NCBI GenBank assembly: GCA_041596515.1 | Contig: JBFHIJ010000012.1 | Location: 13,078-77,077, forward strand | DNA length: 64,000 nt | Direction: 5' to 3' | From: Chlorobiota bacterium | GTDB lineage: Bacteria; Bacteroidota; Ignavibacteria; Kapaibacteriales; UBA2268 | Part shown: in pieces, positions 19,858 through 28,487 of the stretch | Numbering within the stretch: the stretch's first letter is position 1 | Layout of the letters: every line of letters starts with the position of its first letter | The notes under the pieces: model-generated | What the model saw: only the letters and a program-made list of their open reading frames with translations | Told to the model about the DNA's origin: nothing | The model's database searches: none | Program-made: the position numbers and the translations under genes

Positions 19858-19899
19858 AGTGCAACTAAAGAAATCTTCGTTTCAATCGTCAAGAGTTTT

Positions 19900-21990
19900 A
19901 TGTTGGAAATACAAAAAATATTAGAATATGATATAATTCAGATAGCTTGGGTGCTGACTTTAATAGTACTCATTTTAGCTCTTTCTATCTACTACTATAA
20001 ATATAAAACGATTATTGTAAAATATAATCAGGTTGAACTGGAATCTGAAGAGCTAAAACAAACTATTAAACTAATATCAGATTCGAATTATGATTATAGA
20101 CGAATAGTTGAAAGATCAAACGATGGCATTGTTATCTGCATCAATAACCAAATTGAATTTATCAATGAGTCCGGTGCTAACATATTAGAGCGAAATTCGC
20201 AGTCATTTTTAGGCAAATCTCTGAATCTGTTTATTGCAGAAGAAGTTTCGCAGGAGTTTAATGATGTTTACCAAAGTGTTTTAAAAGATGTAGCTTCATC
20301 CGCTTTTATAGAAACAGAATTAAATTTGGGATGGGGAGAAATAAAATTTGTAGAAATGTCTCTAACTCATATTTTATTTGAAGCTAAAGGAGCTATACTT
20401 GCTATATTTAGAGATGTAAGTCAAAGAAAAAGAACAGAAAAAAAGTTAAAAGAAAACGAGATACTCTATAGGAATTTATTTGAGCATGCGGGTGATGCTA
20501 TTTTTATCATGGATGGGAATGAATTTGTAGATTGTAATCAAAAGACTTTAGAGATGTTTAGATGCACAAAAAGCCAAATTTTAAAACAGCCACCCTATGT
20601 ATTTTCACCTGAAAGGCAATTAAACGGTGAATTGTCTAAAATCATGTCTATCAAACATCTTCGTGCTGCTAAAGAAGGAAAAGAAAAGCATTTTAATTGG
20701 ATTCATAAAAGACATGACGGCGAAGAGTTTCACGCAGAAGTTACTTTAAGTTTATTACCATTAGAAGATAAAACCTATATTTTAGCTATAGTTCGTGATG
20801 TTGATACACAGGTAAAATATAAGCAACAAATTGAAGAAAATAATAGATTTATGTCTGATTTGTTAGATGCAATTCCAAGCCCTGTTTCTTTCTTTAATTC
20901 TTCTGGTAGCGTGTTGCATTCTAACAAACAATTTGACATGTTGTTTATTATTGATGGAACTCAGCCAAAACCGACATTTCACATTCCTGACGAACTAAAA
21001 AATTGTATGCAGCAAGATAATAATTTAATCAATCATACTCAACTTCTAGAACTGGATATAGATAATCAGACAAATTATTATCAAGTCTTTATCAGAAAAA
21101 TTTATAGAAATCAAGAGCATGGCTATATTGTTGTAATGTTTAATATTACAGAGAATATAAATAAGCAACATGAACTGGAAAAACTGGTCAAAGAGTTGGA
21201 TGGAGCAAAAAGTGAAATATCTGACAAAGCTAATAAAGCTATTGATTTGAATGAAAAATTGCTCGAATCAGAGAAAAGCCTTAGACAGCTAAATTTGATG
21301 AAGGATAAATTCTTATCAATAATTGCTCACGACCTGAAAAACCCATTGGGAGTTTTTATTGGTATAACTTCTTTTCTAAAAACGAGATTTGATAGTTTAA
21401 GTTCTGAAGATATAGCTGATTCTATAAATGATTTATATACTTCTGCAGATAAATTACTCAATTTGCTTGAAAACTTGCTCAATTGGGCTCGCTCTCAGAC
21501 AGGTAGAATGGAGTATCAAGAGGAAAATACTGACTTAGGCGAGTTAGCTATGACTGTGGAATATTTAGTAAAAGAAAATGCTAAAAAGAAAGGTATCATT
21601 ATTGAAAACAGAATCCCTAATAACTACTTTATACTTGCTGATAGGAACATGCTGAGTACCATAATTCGAAATTTAGTAGCTAATTCTATTAAGTTTACTG
21701 ACAGTGGCGGTAAGGTGACTATGGAAGCTAAGATTGAAGGCACCGATACCATAATTACAATTTCTGATACCGGCATTGGCATGGAACAAAAAACAATAGA
21801 CAAATTGTTTGTTTTAGGCGAAAAAATATCTACACATGGGACAAGAGCCGAATCAGGCACAGGTTTAGGATTATTGTTGGTAAAGGAGTTTGTAGATAGG
21901 CATCGTGGGACAATCGAAGTAGAAAGTGTCTTAGGCAAGGGAGCCACGTTTAGAGTGAGCATCCCGACTACTCACTCAGGTGACCAGTAA
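19900..21990 (+). CDS. Membrane-anchored PAS sensor histidine kinase
   Basis: N-terminal TM IAWVLTLIVLILALSIYYY. Two PAS modules (NDGIVICINNQIEFINESGANIL and AGDAIFIMDGNEFVDCNQKTLEMF). H-box FLSIIAHDLKNPL. G-boxes DTGIGM and GTGLGL. Confidence 0.88.
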   Translation: MLEIQKILEYDIIQIAWVLTLIVLILALSIYYYKYKTIIVKYNQVELESEELKQTIKLISDSNYDYRRIVERSNDGIVICINNQIEFINESGANILERNSQSFLGKSLNLFIAEEVSQEFNDVYQSVLKDVASSAFIETELNLGWGEIKFVEMSLTHILFEAKGAILAIFRDVSQRKRTEKKLKENEILYRNLFEHAGDAIFIMDGNEFVDCNQKTLEMFRCTKSQILKQPPYVFSPERQLNGELSKIMSIKHLRAAKEGKEKHFNWIHKRHDGEEFHAEVTLSLLPLEDKTYILAIVRDVDTQVKYKQQIEENNRFMSDLLDAIPSPVSFFNSSGSVLHSNKQFDMLFIIDGTQPKPTFHIPDELKNCMQQDNNLINHTQLLELDIDNQTNYYQVFIRKIYRNQEHGYIVVMFNITENINKQHELEKLVKELDGAKSEISDKANKAIDLNEKLLESEKSLRQLNLMKDKFLSIIAHDLKNPLGVFIGITSFLKTRFDSLSSEDIADSINDLYTSADKLLNLLENLLNWARSQTGRMEYQEENTDLGELAMTVEYLVKENAKKKGIIIENRIPNNYFILADRNMLSTIIRNLVANSIKFTDSGGKVTMEAKIEGTDTIITISDTGIGMEQKTIDKLFVLGEKISTHGTRAESGTGLGLLLVKEFVDRHRGTIEVESVLGKGATFRVSIPTTHSGDQ

Positions 21991-22295
21991 TGTTTTTTTA
22001 AATCGACACTGTCGCCAATAAACTCTATTCCTTCTTGTTCCAGTAATTCCCGCATAAAACCGGGATATGGGAAAGCATTTTTACCGGAAAGTTCACCCAG
22101 CCGATTTACTACTCGGTGGCAGGGCAAATCAGTTCTGTTTTTAGCTGCATTCAATGCCCAACCAACCATTCTGGATGACATACCACTGCCTAATGCTTTG
22201 GCTATGGTGCCATAAGTTGTAACTTTCCCTGTTGGAATATTTGCAACAATTTCATATACTCTTAAATAAAAATCTTTATCTTGTTTATTTTCCAT
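21972..22295 (-). CDS. MGMT-family (methylated-DNA-protein-cysteine methyltransferase DNA-binding domain) protein
   Basis: The active-site-type motif LPCHRVVN sits in a YGTIA...GWAL context. At 107 aa this is a single-domain form. Its 3' end overlaps the convergent kinase gene by 19 bp. Confidence 0.75.
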   Translation of the reverse strand: MENKQDKDFYLRVYEIVANIPTGKVTTYGTIAKALGSGMSSRMVGWALNAAKNRTDLPCHRVVNRLGELSGKNAFPYPGFMRELLEQEGIEFIGDSVDLKKHYWSPE

Positions 22296-22311
22296 TGTAA
22301 CGACTCAAAAA

Positions 22312-22959
22312 ATGATTAGTAATGATTTTATAAGATTTCTTAAGCTTAGAATCCCACAAGGATTACCAGGAATAAAAGCTCATTTAAAAATGGCTCCAAT
22401 AATAGATGGAAAGCCATTTAGGAAATTTGAACCTGACTATAATGCACGAAAAAGTGCCGTTTTGATTCCTTTGATTAAGCAAGATAACAAAATAAAGATA
22501 ATATTTACTCTCAGAAGTTCAAAATTGAGAAGTCATAGTGGGCAGATTAGCTTCCCAGGGGGGCGAGCAGAGCTTGGCGAGACTCCTATCATGACTGCTT
22601 TGAGAGAATCTAAAGAGGAAATAGGCTTGCCATACCAAATAACAAAAGTTATTGGTACTTTGTCTAATCTTTTTGTACCTCCGTCTAACTCAGTAATCAC
22701 TCCGGTGGTAGCATTTATAGAAAACGCTTTTAACTATGTGCTTAGCGAAGAAGAGGTTGAAGAAGTTTTTGAAGTAGAGTTAGATAAGTTCACTAGCAAT
22801 AAGTATTATAAAAATGAAATATGGGATTTTAAGGGTGTGAAAGTCGATGTCCCATTTTGGGACGTACATCCAAAAGTTCCACTGTGGGGGGCTACAGCGA
22901 TGATGCTTAGCGAATTAATCGTTTTGCAGAGTGAACATCAATCTACTTATAGTGCTTAG
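22312..22959 (+). CDS. NUDIX hydrolase, CoA pyrophosphatase-like
   Basis: Nudix box GGRAELGETPIMTALRESKEEIGL, preceded by LRSHSGQISFPGG. This context is typical of the NudL/CoA pyrophosphatase subfamily. Confidence 0.75.
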   Translation: MISNDFIRFLKLRIPQGLPGIKAHLKMAPIIDGKPFRKFEPDYNARKSAVLIPLIKQDNKIKIIFTLRSSKLRSHSGQISFPGGRAELGETPIMTALRESKEEIGLPYQITKVIGTLSNLFVPPSNSVITPVVAFIENAFNYVLSEEEVEEVFEVELDKFTSNKYYKNEIWDFKGVKVDVPFWDVHPKVPLWGATAMMLSELIVLQSEHQSTYSA

Positions 22960-22967
22960 AAATGGAT

Positions 22968-23708
22968 TTACTTAGACTTCTGAGCAAGTTTTATGCTAAC
23001 TGTTACAGTTACAACACTGCCTGTAAAGATTGCTATCATGATTAAGAATTGATATTTTATAGCTGTTAATGGATTGCTTCCACCAAGGATTTGACCTGTC
23101 ATCATGCCAGGCAACCAAATTAATCCCATAGAAGCGACAGATGCAAGAACCGGACTAAAAGCATTTTTTAAAGCTTCTGAGCTGAATTTAAACAGAGCTT
23201 CTTCTCTGCTTGCTCCTAACATCAAATAATATCTAAATTTTTGTCTTTCCTTTTTTAAAGAAGAAAAATAAGATCGAATAGCCACAATAGAACTACTAAG
23301 TGTATTGCCGATTACCATCCCCATAATTGGGATAATATAACGAGCTGCAAAAAAATCTTTATCATCAAAAACTAAATATGCAAAAACAAGTCCATTAATA
23401 AATACGTTGGTTGCAATGCCTGCCATAACCGGGAAATAGAATTTTTTGATATTTATGTCACTTCTTTTAGTGATAGTAAAGCTTGCCGCAATTATCATCA
23501 ACCCAACCCAAGCGAGATTTATAATAATTGAGTCCAAGTCAAATATATATTCTAAATAAAATCCTACAAGGCTTAACTGAACTGTCATCCTTAAAAATGA
23601 CCAAGCCATGGTTCTAAGCTGACCTGTCTTATAATACCCCAGTATAAAAATTGGAATTAGAAGCAAGCATGCTGCCACTCCTATATTTTGCCATGGTATG
23701 TCTATCAT
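22968..23708 (-). CDS. fetB: Iron-export ABC transporter permease FetB (UPF0014/YbbM family)
   Basis: Polytopic membrane protein. IIPIMGMVIGNTLSS, LGASREEAL and GLIWLPGMMTGQILGGSNPLTAIKYQFLIM are colinear with E. coli YbbM/FetB as I remember it. Its start overlaps the upstream ATPase stop (ATGA). Confidence 0.75.
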   Translation of the reverse strand: MIDIPWQNIGVAACLLLIPIFILGYYKTGQLRTMAWSFLRMTVQLSLVGFYLEYIFDLDSIIINLAWVGLMIIAASFTITKRSDINIKKFYFPVMAGIATNVFINGLVFAYLVFDDKDFFAARYIIPIMGMVIGNTLSSSIVAIRSYFSSLKKERQKFRYYLMLGASREEALFKFSSEALKNAFSPVLASVASMGLIWLPGMMTGQILGGSNPLTAIKYQFLIMIAIFTGSVVTVTVSIKLAQKSK

Positions 23709-24337
23709 GAGTTTATCTCTATGATTTTATTACAATTGCTGCACCAAGTGTCATCATGCGAGACTGAAATGATTGTAAGCGATTTGTCGTTTAAAAGATA
23801 ATCAATTACTCTGTTAAGTGAATATCTATCTAAAGCAGAAGTAGGTTCGTCCAATAGCATTATTTTGCGTCTTAGCAATTTAGATATGATTATACCGACA
23901 CGTTGCTTTTCACCACCTGAAAGCTCGACATATTTACTATCAATTACGTCTCTTTTTAGATTTAAAAAGTCAAACTCTAATAAAATATCTTCTTTAGATA
24001 CTTGCAGGTGGCTATTTGCCTGAAAAGAAAAGGGGAACTTGATAACATCAAAAACAGTATCTTCATCTGGAAAGCTTAAGTCTTGAGGCAGCCATGAAAA
24101 ATATTTTCTTACTTTATCAGCATGAGTTGTCAAATCCAAATTAAAAGCAGTAATACTACCACCCAAAGGATTTTCAAAACCACATAACATATTAAGAATG
24201 GTAGATTTGCCTGAACCTGAGGAACCTTTGATTACCGCTTTATCACCTTCGTAAATATCAAAAGACAAATCTTGGAATAAAGGATGTCCGAGATATTCCA
24301 TAGAAATATTATCTACTATAACCAATTTTTCTCTCAT
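23705..24337 (-). CDS. fetA: ABC transporter ATP-binding protein FetA (YbbL-like)
   Basis: Walker A GSSGSGKST, signature LSGGEKQRV, Walker B MLLDEPTSALD, H-loop VSHD. About 210 aa and translationally coupled to the fetB-like permease. Confidence 0.75.
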   Translation of the reverse strand: MREKLVIVDNISMEYLGHPLFQDLSFDIYEGDKAVIKGSSGSGKSTILNMLCGFENPLGGSITAFNLDLTTHADKVRKYFSWLPQDLSFPDEDTVFDVIKFPFSFQANSHLQVSKEDILLEFDFLNLKRDVIDSKYVELSGGEKQRVGIIISKLLRRKIMLLDEPTSALDRYSLNRVIDYLLNDKSLTIISVSHDDTWCSNCNKIIEINS

Positions 24338-24457
24338 ATTATCAAATTATTGTAAGTAGCAGTACGTCAAAAATATTATATTAAAATAAGTAATTTTGTG
24401 CAAATAGTGATTCTATTTTCTAGTAAGTATTTAGTTTGTCTTTAATCGCGGTGAGTT

Positions 24458-25384
24458 ATGAAAAAAATTGGTGTATTGTTTGGTAATGAAAAAAGCTTTC
24501 CACAAGCAGTCATAGATAAAATCAATCAAATCTATCCTGATAAAGTTGTTGCGGAGTCCATCATAGTTGGTGCTGTAAGAATGGATCAGTTGCCAAGATA
24601 CAATGTTATTTTGGATAGAGTTTCCAATGCAGTACCTTATTACAGAAGTGTTTTGAAACTTGCTGCAGTTAATGGTTCCCATATAGTAAATAATCCATTT
24701 TGGAAATGTGCGGATGATAATTTTTTCAATGCAGTACTGGCTCAAAGATTAGGCATCAAAGTGCCGAAAACTGCAATTATACCCAGTAAAGAAATGCCAG
24801 AAGGAACCGGCCCGGTTACTATGCGAAATCTGCAATATCCATTAGATTGGGACTATGTTTTTGAATATGTAGGTTTTCCTTGTATTCTAAAGCCAAATTT
24901 AGGGACTGGAGCTTATACATCTTTCAAGGTATATAACCGAAATGAATTTTTTTCTACCTATGATTTAACTGCTCAAAAACTAATGATAGTGCAGGAAGCT
25001 ATTGATTATCAGGAGTATTATAGAGTTTATACTGTAGGCTATAAGCATGCAAAAATAATGGCTTATAACCCTGAGCAACCTATGCACTTGCGTTACTCGC
25101 CGGAAGATCCTGTTATAGAACCTAAACTTCAATCTGACATTGAAAAGATATGCACTAAACTATGCAAATCTTTAGGTTTTGATTTTAATGCTGTTGAAAT
25201 AGCAGTAAAAGATGGGGAAATATATGTTATGGATTGCCTAAACCCTACTCCTAATGCAGATAGAGAATTTTTGAAAGATAACAACTTTGAGTGGTTAACT
25301 GATATTACTGCTACTTATTTATCAGAAAAAGCCTTAGCCAAGCCGGGTAAATCACCTGAGTGTATGCCTGGCTTTTTAGCCTAA
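24458..25384 (+). CDS. ATP-grasp domain protein of unknown specificity
   Basis: The layout is typical of RimK/ATP-grasp ligases: KVPKTAIIP...FPCILKPNLGTGAYTSFKV...MIVQEAIDY...YRVYTVG...FNAVEIAVKDGEIYVMDCLN. The substrate cannot be inferred. Confidence 0.55.
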   Translation: MKKIGVLFGNEKSFPQAVIDKINQIYPDKVVAESIIVGAVRMDQLPRYNVILDRVSNAVPYYRSVLKLAAVNGSHIVNNPFWKCADDNFFNAVLAQRLGIKVPKTAIIPSKEMPEGTGPVTMRNLQYPLDWDYVFEYVGFPCILKPNLGTGAYTSFKVYNRNEFFSTYDLTAQKLMIVQEAIDYQEYYRVYTVGYKHAKIMAYNPEQPMHLRYSPEDPVIEPKLQSDIEKICTKLCKSLGFDFNAVEIAVKDGEIYVMDCLNPTPNADREFLKDNNFEWLTDITATYLSEKALAKPGKSPECMPGFLA

Positions 25385-26539
25385 TTTTTTACACATTAGA
25401 CATACATTGCCTAAGTCTTTAGCTTTAGCTACAAATATATATATATCACCGCCTTCTTTGAGGGCGGTTTTCTTTTTAAAGTCATCAATACTTATCGGCA
25501 CATTTTTGATGGAGATATTTGCCTTCTTATCTGGAATCAATTTGGAAATTTCTTTTTTACTTATTTTTGTAATATTTAAAATATGAAAAGATCGTCCCGG
25601 AAAATTATTAATTATTTCATTTGAAGTAAAAAGATGAGTATTGCTGTCCAAAGCTGATAAGTTATATCTGTATCCAAAACTTTTCCAAAAACCTAATTTA
25701 CTTATTGAAGTATTTGCTTCGTAGAGGTAGGTTTTGGGGCTACTAAATTCTAAAATACCTTCATTATCTACAAATTCTACTGTCTGCTTATTATTGGAGT
25801 TGCCAAAATTTACAGTAACGAATCTAATTGATCCAGTATATTTTCTTTCGAGTAGAAAAAGTAATTCTTTACATTCATTTTTTACAGATACTATATGTAC
25901 TTCTTTTACATATTTTAGTTGAGATATAGCTCTTGAAATGTCCAACATAGGGGAGGTCTTGATTAGGATATATGTAAATTTATCATGCACGATGTCGAGA
26001 ACTGCAATGGGATTAGGTTCCGTATCTTCCAAAAAATAGGTTTTTTGACCTGCAGCACCTCTTCTGGCAGGGTCTAAATAAATAAAATCAGGTAAATCTT
26101 CACACTTTAAAATATAATCTAGGCTGTTGACATTTATTGATTCAACATTAGATAGCCCTAGAGTTTTAATATTCGAACTAAAGATGCGTTCCAGATGTTG
26201 ATTTTGCTCAATATATATATGATGCTTAGATTTTTTACTGATATAATAACTGTCAATACCCATGCCACCGGTAAGGTCGCAAGAACTTTCAAATCGAATA
26301 ATATTCGATTTGTACTCTGCGGTAATTTCAGATGATGCCTGCTCGAGAGGTATAGTGTCTGGAAAAACAAAATCAAGATTATTATACAAAGTAGGTAATT
26401 TATCTTTGATTTTTTGCCTTGCAGCAATTTGAGATATTGCAAATTTAAGATTTTTATCCTTGCCGTACTTAAGCATAAGTTCCGAAGTAGAGGATAATAT
26501 ATTTTTTAGGATAAATGATTTTATATCAGTTTCAGCCAT
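25376..26539 (-). CDS. Class I SAM-dependent methyltransferase with C-terminal THUMP-like region
   Basis: SAM motif I DLTGGMGIDSYY and the post-motif FIYLDPARR. At 387 aa the architecture matches one common in FCB-group genomes. Its 3' end overlaps the convergent ATP-grasp gene by 9 bp. Confidence 0.6.
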   Translation of the reverse strand: MAETDIKSFILKNILSSTSELMLKYGKDKNLKFAISQIAARQKIKDKLPTLYNNLDFVFPDTIPLEQASSEITAEYKSNIIRFESSCDLTGGMGIDSYYISKKSKHHIYIEQNQHLERIFSSNIKTLGLSNVESINVNSLDYILKCEDLPDFIYLDPARRGAAGQKTYFLEDTEPNPIAVLDIVHDKFTYILIKTSPMLDISRAISQLKYVKEVHIVSVKNECKELLFLLERKYTGSIRFVTVNFGNSNNKQTVEFVDNEGILEFSSPKTYLYEANTSISKLGFWKSFGYRYNLSALDSNTHLFTSNEIINNFPGRSFHILNITKISKKEISKLIPDKKANISIKNVPISIDDFKKKTALKEGGDIYIFVAKAKDLGNVCLMCKKLG

Positions 26540-26547
26540 CTGAGTAT

Positions 26548-27462
26548 TTAAAGTTTATAAGAAAAACCGACACCAAGGACTTCTTTAACTTGTAGTCTCT
26601 TCCCTTCGCCTATCTTAGTTTTAATGCCATCCACCTGTTCAAATAGTGGCACATTTATGTTGTGGTCATATACCAGATGCAAGAAAATATTTGCAGCTAT
26701 GTAGTCATTTACTTTCATGATGAGTGTAGATTCGCTATTTACGTCTATATTAGTCCGATTATTTTCATCTTTGTCTGTGTAGTTGTTAAAAAGTTCTAGT
26801 TTAGACTTTATAATAACATTTTCCATCAGAGGCTTTTCAGCTTTTGCAGTAAATTTAGCACCAAAGTCTGCTCTAAAAGTTTCTCCCGGATCTAACGAGT
26901 ACATTCCTTTGGCTGATAAAGAATCATTTGCAACCCAAATAAACCTACCTGCAAAGGGCGATAAGAAAAAAGAAAAAGCACTATTTATTTTATAATCTAA
27001 TCCGGTAGACATTGTTAGATATGCTGGAGATAAAAAAGTAGACACCAAAGTAGTATCATCAGGATACTTATAACCGTTGGCAAACTGAGTATTAAACGAC
27101 ATATCTACAGTGTAAAATACGTCAGCAAAAGCATTATATCCTATCTTGGATTCAATTTCAAACTTGTCGTCAGTCTTTCGGATGTCATATTGCTCAGATG
27201 ACATAAGACCGTAACGCATATCAAGTACATTATCCCACTGTACATTATCTTTTTTATAGTTTGACTGGATGTTAAGCAATCCCGTAGCGGCAATAGAACT
27301 TTCACCACCCTTAGCCCAATTAAGTAAAGCTAACTGGTTAAGATTGATATTTATATTGCCTTGGTTAGTCCAGAAAGTAGTGTCTGTAGTCTGAGTACCC
27401 GCAAGTAAACTCGAAGAGTATAAAAGAAGGGTAATTGCAAATAACAACTTGGCATTTTTCAT
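26548..27462 (-). CDS. DUF3078-family outer-membrane protein
   Basis: Signal peptide MKNAKLLFAITLLLYSSSLLA begins at the internal ATG at 27462. Characteristic motifs LNQLALLNWAKGGESS and TQFANGY...FLSPAYL. Beta-rich with a C-terminal ...GFSYKL. Confidence 0.65.
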   Translation of the reverse strand: MKNAKLLFAITLLLYSSSLLAGTQTTDTTFWTNQGNININLNQLALLNWAKGGESSIAATGLLNIQSNYKKDNVQWDNVLDMRYGLMSSEQYDIRKTDDKFEIESKIGYNAFADVFYTVDMSFNTQFANGYKYPDDTTLVSTFLSPAYLTMSTGLDYKINSAFSFFLSPFAGRFIWVANDSLSAKGMYSLDPGETFRADFGAKFTAKAEKPLMENVIIKSKLELFNNYTDKDENNRTNIDVNSESTLIMKVNDYIAANIFLHLVYDHNINVPLFEQVDGIKTKIGEGKRLQVKEVLGVGFSYKL

Positions 27463-27599
27463 TGGGATTCTCCACATTACAGACTGACACAAAATACGTA
27501 ATAATCTTAAATTCAGCAAATCGAGAACTACATATAATTACAATCAGGAAAGAATTAATCAGGCATACAATTTGCTAAACTATAGAGTGGAGGTATAAA

Positions 27600-28427
27600 A
27601 TGAGTAATATAAAACACAAAATAGCTGATATTTTTATTTATGATGACAAGCGACAGAGTAAATGGCATGTATTAGATGATTATTTTATTACATCTCTCAT
27701 TGTCTTAAATATTGTAGCAATGATGCTTGAGTCTATAGAGTCACATTATGAAACATATAAAACTTATTATCAGATATTCGATATATTTTCTATCGCAGTT
27801 TTTTCAGTAGAATATATGATCAGGATTTGGATTGCTGATGAAGTTTACCCAGAACTTGGCAAACTTAAGTCAAGATTTAAATACATCTTTTCCTTTTTTG
27901 GGATTATAGATTTATTAGCAATTTTACCTTTTTACTTACCAATGTTTATCAAAGTAGATCTTCGCTTTATGAGAATATTGCGATTGATGAGGATATTTAG
28001 AGTTTTCAAATTAGTCCGTTTTCTTGGCTCAATTCAGCTTCTTTTGACAGCTATCAAAGAGCGCAAGGACGAGCTATTAATTACTCTTTTTGGTTCAGCA
28101 CTTATGTTGCTTGTTTCTGCGTCATTGATGTATGAGATAGAGCATGAGTTACAGCCTGACAAATTTTCAAATGTTTTTGAAGCTATTTGGTGGGCAGTTG
28201 CTACACTCACTACCATTGGATATGGCGATGTCTACCCAATAAGTGGCTGGGGGCAGTTTCTTGCTGCAATTACAGCTCTTTTTGGTATAGGGTTGGTTGC
28301 TATACCTACCGGTATTATTAGTATCGGTTTTTTAGAACAGATACAAAATAAAAAAGCATCTGAAAATTCTGATAAAAAAGAGCTTTATACATACTGCCCT
28401 CATTGTGGTAAAAAGTTACAAAATTAA
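27600..28427 (+). CDS. Voltage-gated (6TM) potassium channel
   Basis: S4-like segment RFMRILRLMRIFRVFKLVR has basic residues every third position. K+ selectivity filter TTIGYGD. The C-terminal tail ends in YCPHCGKKL. Confidence 0.88.
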   Translation: MSNIKHKIADIFIYDDKRQSKWHVLDDYFITSLIVLNIVAMMLESIESHYETYKTYYQIFDIFSIAVFSVEYMIRIWIADEVYPELGKLKSRFKYIFSFFGIIDLLAILPFYLPMFIKVDLRFMRILRLMRIFRVFKLVRFLGSIQLLLTAIKERKDELLITLFGSALMLLVSASLMYEIEHELQPDKFSNVFEAIWWAVATLTTIGYGDVYPISGWGQFLAAITALFGIGLVAIPTGIISIGFLEQIQNKKASENSDKKELYTYCPHCGKKLQN

Positions 28428-28487
28428 ATTATATCAAATTTCTATAATGTTTACTGCCTCAATTTAGAGATTATTAGGTCACAAAAT

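Noticed and set aside
21972-21990. Convergent 19-bp overlap of the kinase and MGMT-like gene 3' ends, plus 4-nt and 1-nt same-strand overlaps at fetA/fetB and lspA/rluD.
   Set aside because: Such overlaps are common in compact genomes and need no special explanation.
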